Under the pieces are notes generated by a model. It searched no databases. It was not told the origin of the DNA and saw nothing but the letters and a program-made list of their open reading frames with translations. DNA of 64,000 bases, from sequence record PP993145.1; one strand, 5' to 3'. The position numbers were made by a program, and so were the translations under genes. Below are positions 55,380 through 64,000 of this stretch, piece by piece (positions within the stretch are counted from its first letter, which is position 1; every line of letters starts with the position of its first letter). The stretch comes from Escherichia phage phiP4.

Positions 55380-55676
55380 ATGACCAAAGCTGAAATTATC
55401 GCACAATGTGAAAAATTTGGTGAGTTTTATCTTCATTACGAGAAACTTCGTCAGAAAGGAACCACGTACCTTCAGGGTACGATGGAATTTGATCCAGCCC
55501 AAGATAAATATCTGGCTGAGCGTATTAAACGTGAACGTATTCGTAAAGCGAAAGATGATGAGATCCTTGTCTTCTCTCGTACTAATGATAGCTTCCGTTT
55601 TATTCCTGTCGAGAAAGTCCGTCGTGTGACTAGCCTCCAATCAGAGTTAGATCGTGCTTCTCCAGTAGGCCGATAA
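55380..55676 (+). CDS. hypothetical protein (98 aa)
   Basis: ORF track. Confidence 0.5.
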   Translation: MTKAEIIAQCEKFGEFYLHYEKLRQKGTTYLQGTMEFDPAQDKYLAERIKRERIRKAKDDEILVFSRTNDSFRFIPVEKVRRVTSLQSELDRASPVGR

Positions 55677-55726
55677 GAAACCAATTAGCCCCTATATGGG
55701 GCTTTTTGTGTATTTGGGATATGTAA

Positions 55727-56035
55727 ATGAGCGAACAGGTAAATCAAAACTATGAAGGACACGTTGATGACCAGTCCATCATACTTTGGGAGAAGGAGGG
55801 AGAACAAGTAAGATTAACAGTATCTGAATTTCGTGGGAATCTATACATGGGTATTCGTTACTGGCTTCTTGATATTAATGATGAATGGTTTCCAACGAAA
55901 TCTGGCTTCTCTTTTCCTTACACCCTAGAAACAACATCACAGCTTTTCTACGCGTTTACACAGATTCTTAGCGAATCTGAGGTTTTGCATGAAGTACAGA
56001 AACGAGCTGAAGAACTCAAAGCCAAGAATGCCTAG
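55727..56035 (+). CDS. hypothetical protein (102 aa)
   Basis: ORF track. Confidence 0.5.
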   Translation: MSEQVNQNYEGHVDDQSIILWEKEGEQVRLTVSEFRGNLYMGIRYWLLDINDEWFPTKSGFSFPYTLETTSQLFYAFTQILSESEVLHEVQKRAEELKAKNA

Positions 56036-56062
56036 TTCTTGGCTTTTTCTTTATAAATGTAT

Positions 56063-56091
56063 TTGCTTTCAACTCAGTTTTGTTATATAAT
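56063..56091 (+). promoter_or_regulatory. sigma70-type early promoter (TTGCTT-N17-TATAAT)
   Basis: Hexamers and spacer read directly. Confidence 0.6.
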
Positions 56092-56122
56092 ATTTATATA
56101 AATTAATGAGAGATATAAATAA

Positions 56123-57094
56123 ATGACTAATGTAAAAGAATTTATTAAACGCTGTCAAGAAGCATATTATCAAGGCATGTCTTTAATCTCTGATGAAGAA
56201 TATGATCGTCTTATTAAAAGATTCCCACTAGAGGAAGAGATTGGGCCTAAGGGTGATATTCCACATCTGTATCGTATGTATTCTTTACAGAAAGTTTATT
56301 ATAATCGTGGAGATAAACCTCCGTTTAACCCATTAGGTCAGGTAGAAACTGATAAGTTAGATGGTTGTGCGATTTCTCTGCTATATATTAATGGAGAATT
56401 TGTTCAAGCATTAACTCGTGGTAATGGTATTCTAGGGAATGATGTCACAAGCAACGTAAGATTGCTGAACATCCCTAAAAAGATCTCCCAAAAAGTACCT
56501 ACTCAAATCACTGGTGAAGTTCTAATTACAAAAGAAGTAGAAAATAAACGTAACTTTGCCTCTGGTGCTATTAACCTCAAAGATAGTGATGATTTCGTAC
56601 AACGTATCGGAGAAGGTGGTTTAATCTTCGTTGCATACGGTATCCAGTGTTCTGCTGAATCTGTAGGTATTACAGAAGCATATTTAAAAGATATGCTTTG
56701 GCTGGAGAATGAGAACTTCTTAACAGTTGTTAATGTGCGTTCCTTCTTTAAATGGATTCCGACGGACGGTAAAGTTGTTCGTATTAATGATAACAACAAA
56801 TTCTTTCGTGAAGGCTGGACTAATAAATTTCCTCGTGGCGCATTCGCTATTAAAGAAGATGAAGAAGGCGAAATTACAACTCTTACTAAAGTTGAATGGC
56901 AGGTAGGGGCTTCTGGTAAAGTAACTCCAGTTGGTTATTTCGAACCGGTAATTATTGATGATGCTACAATTGTTAAAGCGACTCTTAATAACGTTGATTA
57001 TATTAACTCTCTTGATCTAGAGATCGGTTGCCAGATTCGAGTAATTCGTGCTGGTGGTGTAATCCCGTGTATAGTAGAGCGAGTATACGATTAA
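56123..57094 (+). CDS. NAD-dependent DNA ligase, N-terminal adenylation/OB part of a split enzyme (323 aa)
   Basis: LigA-like Ia domain and KxDG adenylation motif (DKLDG). Confidence 0.75.
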   Translation: MTNVKEFIKRCQEAYYQGMSLISDEEYDRLIKRFPLEEEIGPKGDIPHLYRMYSLQKVYYNRGDKPPFNPLGQVETDKLDGCAISLLYINGEFVQALTRGNGILGNDVTSNVRLLNIPKKISQKVPTQITGEVLITKEVENKRNFASGAINLKDSDDFVQRIGEGGLIFVAYGIQCSAESVGITEAYLKDMLWLENENFLTVVNVRSFFKWIPTDGKVVRINDNNKFFREGWTNKFPRGAFAIKEDEEGEITTLTKVEWQVGASGKVTPVGYFEPVIIDDATIVKATLNNVDYINSLDLEIGCQIRVIRAGGVIPCIVERVYD

Positions 57095-57237
57095 TACATA
57101 ACCCTTTGCTACCCATCTACCATATCGGAATTATAAAGTGGTTATTGACATTTTCGCCGCTTAGGTATATACTATTATCATTCAGTTGAGGGATAGAAAG
57201 TTATGGCGAGGGTAAGCAAAGTTAGTTAAAATTGTAG

Positions 57238-57266
57238 TTGCTAAATGCTTAAATACTTGCTATAAT
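57238..57266 (+). promoter_or_regulatory. sigma70-type early promoter (TTGCTA-N17-TATAAT) between the two ligase halves
   Basis: Hexamers and spacer read directly. Confidence 0.6.
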
Positions 57267-57293
57267 ATTTATATAAATTGATAAGGAAGAAAT

Positions 57294-58067
57294 TTGATGA
57301 AAATCGAAATTCCAACACAATGTCCCTCTTGTGGTTCTAAGCTAGATCTTGTCAACGGACAATTATTCTGTCGGAATAAGTCCAACTGTCCAGCGCAATC
57401 AAGTAAGTTAATTGAGAACTTCTGTACAAAAATGAAGTTAAAGGGCTTTGGTCCGAAAACTATTGAGAAGCTGGAGCTGACGAAGATTTCAGAACTATTT
57501 TACCTAACCGAAGAAGATTTGGTTAGAGCCGTGGGTAGCAAGGTTGCCGCTAAGTTAATTAGCGAATTAAATACTAAAGTTCGCGGAGACATTGACTTTG
57601 GTTCAGTTCTCGGTTCTTTAGGAATCCCTCTAATCGGAGAGGTTGCAGCAAAGAAATTATCCCAAAATTGCACTAGCTTCCACGATGTGAAGGCTGACGG
57701 CAAGGCTGGAGAAAACTACAAAGCCTGGCTAAATTCCCCACAAGGCAAGGATGTTATCGAACTACCGTGGAAATTCTCAACTGGTGCTAAAGCTAAAACC
57801 GTCGTTACTGATGATTTAGTTGCCCAGCCAAATGGAATCGTGGTATGTATTACCGGATCTTTGCAAGATTTTGCAAATCGAACGGATGCAACAAACTATT
57901 TAGAAAGTCTAGGATATACGGTTAAGAAATCCGTTACCAAAGACGTCAAATACCTAATCTGTGAGGATGAATCAAAACGTTCCTCCTCATCTTATAAGAA
58001 AGCCGAAACGAATGGGATAGAAATCCTGTCGATTAAAGAACTATTGGAGAAAAATAATAATGTCTAA
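57294..58067 (+). CDS. NAD-dependent DNA ligase, C-terminal zinc-finger/HhH/BRCT part of a split enzyme (257 aa)
   Basis: Cys4 zinc finger CPSCGSKL ... CRNKSNCPAQ followed by HhH-like and BRCT-like regions. Confidence 0.7.
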   Translation: MMKIEIPTQCPSCGSKLDLVNGQLFCRNKSNCPAQSSKLIENFCTKMKLKGFGPKTIEKLELTKISELFYLTEEDLVRAVGSKVAAKLISELNTKVRGDIDFGSVLGSLGIPLIGEVAAKKLSQNCTSFHDVKADGKAGENYKAWLNSPQGKDVIELPWKFSTGAKAKTVVTDDLVAQPNGIVVCITGSLQDFANRTDATNYLESLGYTVKKSVTKDVKYLICEDESKRSSSSYKKAETNGIEILSIKELLEKNNNV

Positions 58068-58827
58068 ACTGAACTGGAACGTAGAAGGTGTAACCGAGTC
58101 TCTGAAAGCAAAAGCCACTGCTCTGGGTGTTGCTGTAATCTCTCAAGAACAAGTAGCTGCTATCGCTGCTGAACTGGCCGCTGAAACTGGCAAAGATGTT
58201 ACCGCTCGCTCTGTTGGCTCTAAACTGCGTAAAGAAGGTTTTGAAGTACAGAAAGCTAATGAAGTACAGAAATCTCCGTGGACTCCTGAGCAGGAAGCTG
58301 AACTGGTTGATTTCCTGAACGCTCATGCTGGTCAGTATACCTATGCTGAAATCGCTGCTGCTGTAGCTGGTGGTCAGTTCGGTGCTAAGCAGGTACAGGG
58401 TAAGATCCTGAGTCTGGAAATGACCGCTTCTGTTAAGCCAACCGAAAAAGCTGCTGCTGTTCGTTCCTTCACTCCGGATGAAGAAACTGATTTTGTTAAT
58501 CAGGTTGTTGCCGGTGCTACTATTGAAGCTATCGCTGCTCACTTCGGTCGCAATATTAAGCAGATCCGTGGTAAAGCTCTGAGCCTGCTTCGTGAAGGTC
58601 GTATCGCTGCTATGCCGGTACAGGAAACTTCAAGTGCTAAAACTCGTGAAGATCTGTTAGAAGGTCTGGATCTGGTTAACATGACTGTTGCTGAGATCGC
58701 TGAGAAAACTGGTAAGTCTGAGCGTGGTGTTAAATCTATGCTGTCTCGTCGTGGTCTGGTTGCTAAGGACTATGATGGTGCCGCTAAGCGTGCTAAACTG
58801 GATGCAAAAGCTGCGGCTGCTGAATAA
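58060..58827 (+). CDS. Ala-rich abundant early protein, possible DNA-binding protein (255 aa)
   Basis: Codon usage shifts to high-expression codons (GCT, CGT, CTG, GAA). Confidence 0.5.
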   Translation: MSKLNWNVEGVTESLKAKATALGVAVISQEQVAAIAAELAAETGKDVTARSVGSKLRKEGFEVQKANEVQKSPWTPEQEAELVDFLNAHAGQYTYAEIAAAVAGGQFGAKQVQGKILSLEMTASVKPTEKAAAVRSFTPDEETDFVNQVVAGATIEAIAAHFGRNIKQIRGKALSLLREGRIAAMPVQETSSAKTREDLLEGLDLVNMTVAEIAEKTGKSERGVKSMLSRRGLVAKDYDGAAKRAKLDAKAAAAE

Positions 58828-58858
58828 TCTGGTAAATTAAACCTAAGGGGAGGGGGCT

Positions 58859-60382
58859 ATGCTCCTTCCCCTTTTTGCATTTAGAAGGCACGAAAGCGTG
58901 CAAAGGAGAATGACCTTGTTTAACGTGCAAGCTGTAGTGTTGAAGATGCTTCTAGCTTCCGAACAGAAGCAAATAGCATTGGAAACATTCTCAAAACTGC
59001 ATAAAGATCATTTTAATGACGCTTTCTCCTCAATTTACCAAGCCGTCCAGAATTATTATAAAAAATATAACACAATGCCGTCCATTGACGCACTTATGCT
59101 TGAAGCTAATAGGAACGCCCGCCTTTCTCAAGCCCTAGTCGTCTTAGCTAACACTCAAATTCCAGAAGTGAGCATGGAACAGGCACTTGAAGTCCTAGAG
59201 GCCGAATATACACAGGATTTATTCCTGAAGCTTCTAGAAACAGACGTGCTTCAAGATTTAACAATGCTGGATCAGGGAGAAATTCTCAACCGAGTTGCCT
59301 CCCTTCACTTAAAATTAGAAGAGAAAGTAACGAATACTGGAAAAGTATTCAACGCAGATAACATGCGTATTTTCCAGAGAGAAGAAGATACCAAACTGAA
59401 CTTAATCGCTCTTGGTATTTGTAATGAGTTCGACGCTCAAATTGGTTTAGCTCGCACAGAAACGTTACTGCTTGGTGGTTGGCGTGGTACTGGTAAATCC
59501 ATTATCTGTTCAAACATACAGGTTCAGCAATATTTGAATGGGGATATTGCTCCATACTTCTCAATTGAGATGAAAGAACATGAAGTATTTAGACGTAATC
59601 TAGCCATGTTAGCTGGTGTATCAGCATTAGCAATGCGTAATAATACTCTAGAAGGTGCAGCTCTATTGAGATTAGCCAGAACTAGAGCTAGAATGTTTAA
59701 TGGGGGTGAAGAGCTTTTCGATAACTTCGTTAAACAGTATACAATGGCTAAGATGAGTGATTTCTACGATATGGAGAGTAAGCTAATAGAAGGGTATGAG
59801 CTACATACTCCTATGATTATTGTTTATGACCCTGAGCTGTCTATTACAACAGTTGACGTAGAATTAAATAAATTAGTTGCTAGATATGGAGATAAAGTTA
59901 CAGTAGCTTTACTGGACTATATTAACCAAACCCGACTTCCAGACTCTAAAACCATTGATATGTATGACTGGAAAGAACAGATGGTTGTTAGCTCGTCTTT
60001 CAAATCTATCTGCCAGAAACATAACGTGGCTGGTGTAGCTCCTTACCAGATCGATCAAGATGGTAGAACACGTATGTCAAAGGGGATTCTTGATTCCGCA
60101 GACATGGCTGCTAATCTTAATGCTGCAAAAGCTGATAATGGTCAAGGTGCCATTATGTTTGACTTCGTTAAGACTCGTTCTTCTGATAGCGTGAAGTTTA
60201 TGCCTAAAATGAACTGGGAAACTCTGCGAATGGATAACACTACCAACCTAGCAATGGAAGATATATCTCAAATGGAAGCTGAGTTCGTTATCCCTATTGA
60301 GAAGGATAAGCCGGCTCAACCTAAACGTGCTAAGAAAGACAAAACTGAAAATTCAACAGGTGAACAGGCCAGCGATATATGA
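58859..60382 (+). CDS. DnaB-like replicative helicase (507 aa)
   Basis: Walker A GWRGTGKS; GGAGG RBS; position upstream of primase. Confidence 0.6.
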   Translation: MLLPLFAFRRHESVQRRMTLFNVQAVVLKMLLASEQKQIALETFSKLHKDHFNDAFSSIYQAVQNYYKKYNTMPSIDALMLEANRNARLSQALVVLANTQIPEVSMEQALEVLEAEYTQDLFLKLLETDVLQDLTMLDQGEILNRVASLHLKLEEKVTNTGKVFNADNMRIFQREEDTKLNLIALGICNEFDAQIGLARTETLLLGGWRGTGKSIICSNIQVQQYLNGDIAPYFSIEMKEHEVFRRNLAMLAGVSALAMRNNTLEGAALLRLARTRARMFNGGEELFDNFVKQYTMAKMSDFYDMESKLIEGYELHTPMIIVYDPELSITTVDVELNKLVARYGDKVTVALLDYINQTRLPDSKTIDMYDWKEQMVVSSSFKSICQKHNVAGVAPYQIDQDGRTRMSKGILDSADMAANLNAAKADNGQGAIMFDFVKTRSSDSVKFMPKMNWETLRMDNTTNLAMEDISQMEAEFVIPIEKDKPAQPKRAKKDKTENSTGEQASDI

Positions 60383-61269
60383 GTAGAATAACAGAACTAC
60401 TTGATCTGAAAGGCATTGAATATAAAGACACAGGTGGGGACATCCTCATCTGTTGTCTCAATCCAGATCATGACGATAAACACCCAAGTTTGCGTATTGA
60501 TCCTGAAACAGGTATTATGCACTGCTTGAGTTGTGGCTTCGGTAAAGGTATACCGAGCATTTACCATTATTTTAATGAGACTCAGTACCGACAGTCTCCA
60601 AGACTATCGCAGGTACGTAAAAAGATTTCAGAGATTAGGAATGGATCTACGAATCTTGCAATTCCTGAATCTGCTTACCTTTTCGAAGGTGATTTCCGAG
60701 GTATAAGTTCTAAGACCTTGAAGAAATATTTTGCTTTCCAACATCAAGCAGACTGGGAAGGCAGAATTGTATTCCCAATCACAGATGCTGTTGGACGCAA
60801 TATCCTATTTTTGGGTCGTTCTATAAACAGTTCTGCCCCTCCTAAATACTTAGTAAAACCAAAACAAGTTTCACCACCGATTTTCCCTGTACGATATAAT
60901 ACTCCAGTTCTTATTCTAGTTGAAGGTATCTTTGATATGCTGAACCTAGAGGATAATGGTATAGACTATGCTTCTTGCTGCTTTGGTACACATCAGTTTA
61001 CTTCGGATAACATTGCAGATAAGTTCAGTCCTTATATTATTGCTGGTGTAAAAGTTGTTGTTATCTTACTAGATAATGATGCTTCTGGTAATAAAGCTGC
61101 ACAAGCATTGGCCAAGTTAATTCGTACAAAAACGCGTTTAACACCTGTAGTTGCTAACTTTCTTCTGCCCGAAGGCAAAGATCCTGGTGATTTAAACAAA
61201 GATGAAATTGATATGTTAGCAAAACGTATTGAAATTTTAGTTGCTGAATCGCTTAAAGATTTGGTATAA
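60379..61269 (+). CDS. DNA primase (zinc-binding + TOPRIM, 296 aa)
   Basis: Zinc motif CCLNPDHDDKHPS...CLSCG and TOPRIM-like LVEG ... LLDNDASG. Confidence 0.7.
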   Translation: MSRITELLDLKGIEYKDTGGDILICCLNPDHDDKHPSLRIDPETGIMHCLSCGFGKGIPSIYHYFNETQYRQSPRLSQVRKKISEIRNGSTNLAIPESAYLFEGDFRGISSKTLKKYFAFQHQADWEGRIVFPITDAVGRNILFLGRSINSSAPPKYLVKPKQVSPPIFPVRYNTPVLILVEGIFDMLNLEDNGIDYASCCFGTHQFTSDNIADKFSPYIIAGVKVVVILLDNDASGNKAAQALAKLIRTKTRLTPVVANFLLPEGKDPGDLNKDEIDMLAKRIEILVAESLKDLV

Positions 61270-61331
61270 TATATTGGTAAGTTAGAGAAGAAACACTGAA
61301 GTTATACTTACTTACCAAGAGGAGATTAAAT

Positions 61332-63899
61332 TTGAAAATCGCAGTAGTTGATAAAGCTCTAAATAACACTCGTTACGATAAACATTTCCAGCTATACGGC
61401 GAGGAAGTTGATGTATTCCATATGTGTAATGAGAAGTTATCCGGTCGTTTGCTCAAAAAGCATATTACTATCGGGACTCCGGAAAACCCATTTGATCCGA
61501 ATGATTATGATTTTGTTATACTGGTAGGTGCCGAACCTTTCCTGTACTTTGCTGGTAAGAAAGGCATTGGTGACTATACTGGTAAACGTGTAGAGTATAA
61601 TGGATATGCTAACTGGATTGCGAGCATCAGCCCAGCCCAGTTACACTTCAAACCTGAAATGAAACCAGTTTTCGATGCAACAGTAGAGAATATCCACGAT
61701 ATTATCAATGGTCGTGAGAAGATTGCAAAAGCTGGTGATTACCGTCCTATTACTGACCCTGACGAGGCGGAAGAATATATCAAGATGGTGTATAATATGG
61801 TTATCGGACCTGTAGCATTTGACTCCGAAACCTCAGCACTATACTGTCGAGATGGTTATCTGCTTGGTGTTTCTATGTCTCACCAAGAATATCAGGGTGT
61901 ATATATCGATTCTGATTGTCTCACAGAGGTTGCAGTATATTATCTCCAGAAAATTCTGGATAGTGAAAACCACACTATTGTTTTTCACAACCTGAAGTTT
62001 GATATGCACTTTTATAAGTACCATCTGGGACTTACTTTTGATAAAGCACATAAAGAACGCAGGCTCCATGATACAATGTTGCAGCATTATGTTCTAGATG
62101 AGCGTCGTGGTACTCATGGCTTGAAATCTCTAGCAATGAAGTATACCGATATGGGTGACTATGATTTTGAACTAGATAAGTTCAAGGAGGATTATTGCAA
62201 AGCACATAAAATCAAGAAAGAAGATTTCACCTATGATTTAATTCCGTTTGATATTATGTGGCCTTACGCTGCAAAAGATACCGATGCCACCATACGTTTG
62301 CACAACTTCTTCTTACCAAAAATTGAGAAGAATGAAAAACTTTGCAGTCTGTATTATGATGTTCTAATGCCTGGTTGCGTGTTCCTGCAACGTGTTGAGG
62401 ATCGTGGTGTACCTATTTCTATTGATCGTTTAAAAGAAGCTCAGTACCAGTTAACCCATAATCTGAATAAAGCTCGTGAGAAACTGTATACTTATCCAGA
62501 AGTCGTTCAGCTAGAGAAAGACCAGAACGAAGCGTTTAACCCAAACTCTGTTAAGCAGCTACGTGTTCTTCTGTTTGATTATGTTGGGTTAACTCCAACA
62601 GGTAAATTGACAGATACTGGAGCGGACTCTACAGATGCAGAAGCTCTGAACGAATTGTCTACGCAGCATCCAATTGCTAAGACCCTACTAGAGATTCGTA
62701 AGCTGACTAAGCTGATCTCTACTTACGTTGAGAAGATTCTTCTGAGCATTGATGCTGATGGTTGCATTCGTACTGGCTTCCATGAGCATATGACTACTTC
62801 TGGTCGTCTGAGTTCTTCTGGTAAACTGAACCTGCAACAGTTACCTCGTGATGAATCCATTATCAAGGGTTGTGTAGTAGCCCCTGTAGGATACCGTGTA
62901 ATTGCATGGGACTTAACAACTGCGGAAGTTTATTATGCTGCTGTTCTATCTGGTGATAGAAATATGCAACAGGTATTTATCAACATGAGAAATGAACCTG
63001 ATAAATACCCTGACTTCCACTCTAACATCGCACACATGGTGTTTAAACTCCAATGCGAGCCTCGTGATGTTAAAAAGTTATTCCCAGCTCTGCGTCAGGC
63101 TGCTAAGGCAATTACCTTCGGTATTTTGTATGGTTCTGGCCCGGCTAAAGTAGCTCATTCTGTTAATGAAGCTCTTCTGGAACAAGCTGCTAAGACAGGT
63201 GAACCGTTTGTAGAGTGTACTGTTGCAGATGCTAAAGAGTACATTGAAACTTACTTCGGTCAGTTCCCGCAGCTTAAGCGTTGGATTGATAAATGTCATG
63301 ACCAGATCAAGAATCATGGGTTTATCTATAGTCACTTTGGTCGTAAACGTCGTCTGCATAATATCCATTCCGAAGACCGTGGTGTTCAGGGTGAAGAAAT
63401 CCGTTCTGGATTTAACGCAATCATTCAGTCTGCTTCTTCTGACAGTCTCCTTTTAGGTGCTGTAGATGCAGATAATGAGATCATTTCTCTTGGCCTAGAA
63501 CAAGAGATGAAGATTGTTATGCTGGTTCATGACTCCGTAGTTGCTATTGTTCGTGAGGATTTGATCGACCAATACAATGAAATCCTGATTCGTAATATCC
63601 AAAAAGACCGTGGTATCAGTATTCCTGGCTGTCCGATTGGTATTGATTCAGATTCTGAAGCCGGAGGTTCTCGTGACTATTCTTGTGGTAAGATGAAGAA
63701 ACAGCACCCATCAATCGCTTGTATTGATGATGATGAATATACTCGTTATGTCAAGGGTGTATTACTTGATGCAGAGTTCGAGTATAAGAAACTAGCTGCA
63801 ATGGATAAAGAGCATCCAGATCATAGCAAATACAAGGATGATAAGTTTATTGCTGTATGTAAAGATTTGGATAACGTGAGAAGGATTCTCGGTGCTTGA
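61332..63899 (+). CDS. DNA polymerase, family A, with 3-prime to 5-prime exonuclease domain (855 aa)
   Basis: Exo motifs (FDSETSALY, YAAKD) and Pol A motifs (FGILYG, VHDS); length matches T5 DNA polymerase. Confidence 0.85.
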   Translation: MKIAVVDKALNNTRYDKHFQLYGEEVDVFHMCNEKLSGRLLKKHITIGTPENPFDPNDYDFVILVGAEPFLYFAGKKGIGDYTGKRVEYNGYANWIASISPAQLHFKPEMKPVFDATVENIHDIINGREKIAKAGDYRPITDPDEAEEYIKMVYNMVIGPVAFDSETSALYCRDGYLLGVSMSHQEYQGVYIDSDCLTEVAVYYLQKILDSENHTIVFHNLKFDMHFYKYHLGLTFDKAHKERRLHDTMLQHYVLDERRGTHGLKSLAMKYTDMGDYDFELDKFKEDYCKAHKIKKEDFTYDLIPFDIMWPYAAKDTDATIRLHNFFLPKIEKNEKLCSLYYDVLMPGCVFLQRVEDRGVPISIDRLKEAQYQLTHNLNKAREKLYTYPEVVQLEKDQNEAFNPNSVKQLRVLLFDYVGLTPTGKLTDTGADSTDAEALNELSTQHPIAKTLLEIRKLTKLISTYVEKILLSIDADGCIRTGFHEHMTTSGRLSSSGKLNLQQLPRDESIIKGCVVAPVGYRVIAWDLTTAEVYYAAVLSGDRNMQQVFINMRNEPDKYPDFHSNIAHMVFKLQCEPRDVKKLFPALRQAAKAITFGILYGSGPAKVAHSVNEALLEQAAKTGEPFVECTVADAKEYIETYFGQFPQLKRWIDKCHDQIKNHGFIYSHFGRKRRLHNIHSEDRGVQGEEIRSGFNAIIQSASSDSLLLGAVDADNEIISLGLEQEMKIVMLVHDSVVAIVREDLIDQYNEILIRNIQKDRGISIPGCPIGIDSDSEAGGSRDYSCGKMKKQHPSIACIDDDEYTRYVKGVLLDAEFEYKKLAAMDKEHPDHSKYKDDKFIAVCKDLDNVRRILGA

Positions 63900-64000
63900 T
63901 TTCAAATTGCCCGTATATGCTTTACGGGCGTTTGTATCAATTGAGCAAGAAGGTGATTATTCCGTAATTACAACAAGGTATAATAAATATGTGCTAGATA

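Overview
This window reads as the early region of a T5-like lytic coliphage (Tequintavirus-type), AT-rich and densely packed. The identification rests on a near-exact match, from memory, to the phage T5 PN25 early promoter and leader at 53820..53880, plus a T5-like gene set. Layout: (1) 1..1750, small + strand ORFs; (2) 1790..3300, an ORF-poor repeat region with two perfect DnaA boxes, palindromic iterons and eight direct copies of a 14-bp motif; (3) 3474..45131, a long block of minus-strand early genes (protein phosphatases, thioredoxin-fold protein, endolysin, ClpP-like protease, dNMP kinase, GrcA-like protein, RNase H, thymidylate synthase, DHFR, NrdB, NrdA, PhoH), interrupted at 19.5..31.7 kb by a cluster of 24 minus-strand tRNA genes with small ORFs and tRNA-like elements, and by a short + strand island of low-complexity proteins (28.8..30.5 kb); (4) 45475..63899, + strand genes for NrdD, Sir2-like and HAD-like proteins, a large P-loop ATPase, a split NAD-dependent DNA ligase, DnaB-like helicase, primase and family A DNA polymerase. 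At least 25 near-identical sigma70-type promoters (TTGCTT-N17-TATAAT plus a conserved leader) precede the transcription units. All calls are from reading the sequence and the ORF track; no database search or folding program was run, so tRNA identities, coordinates of hand-mapped elements and protein family assignments are provisional.
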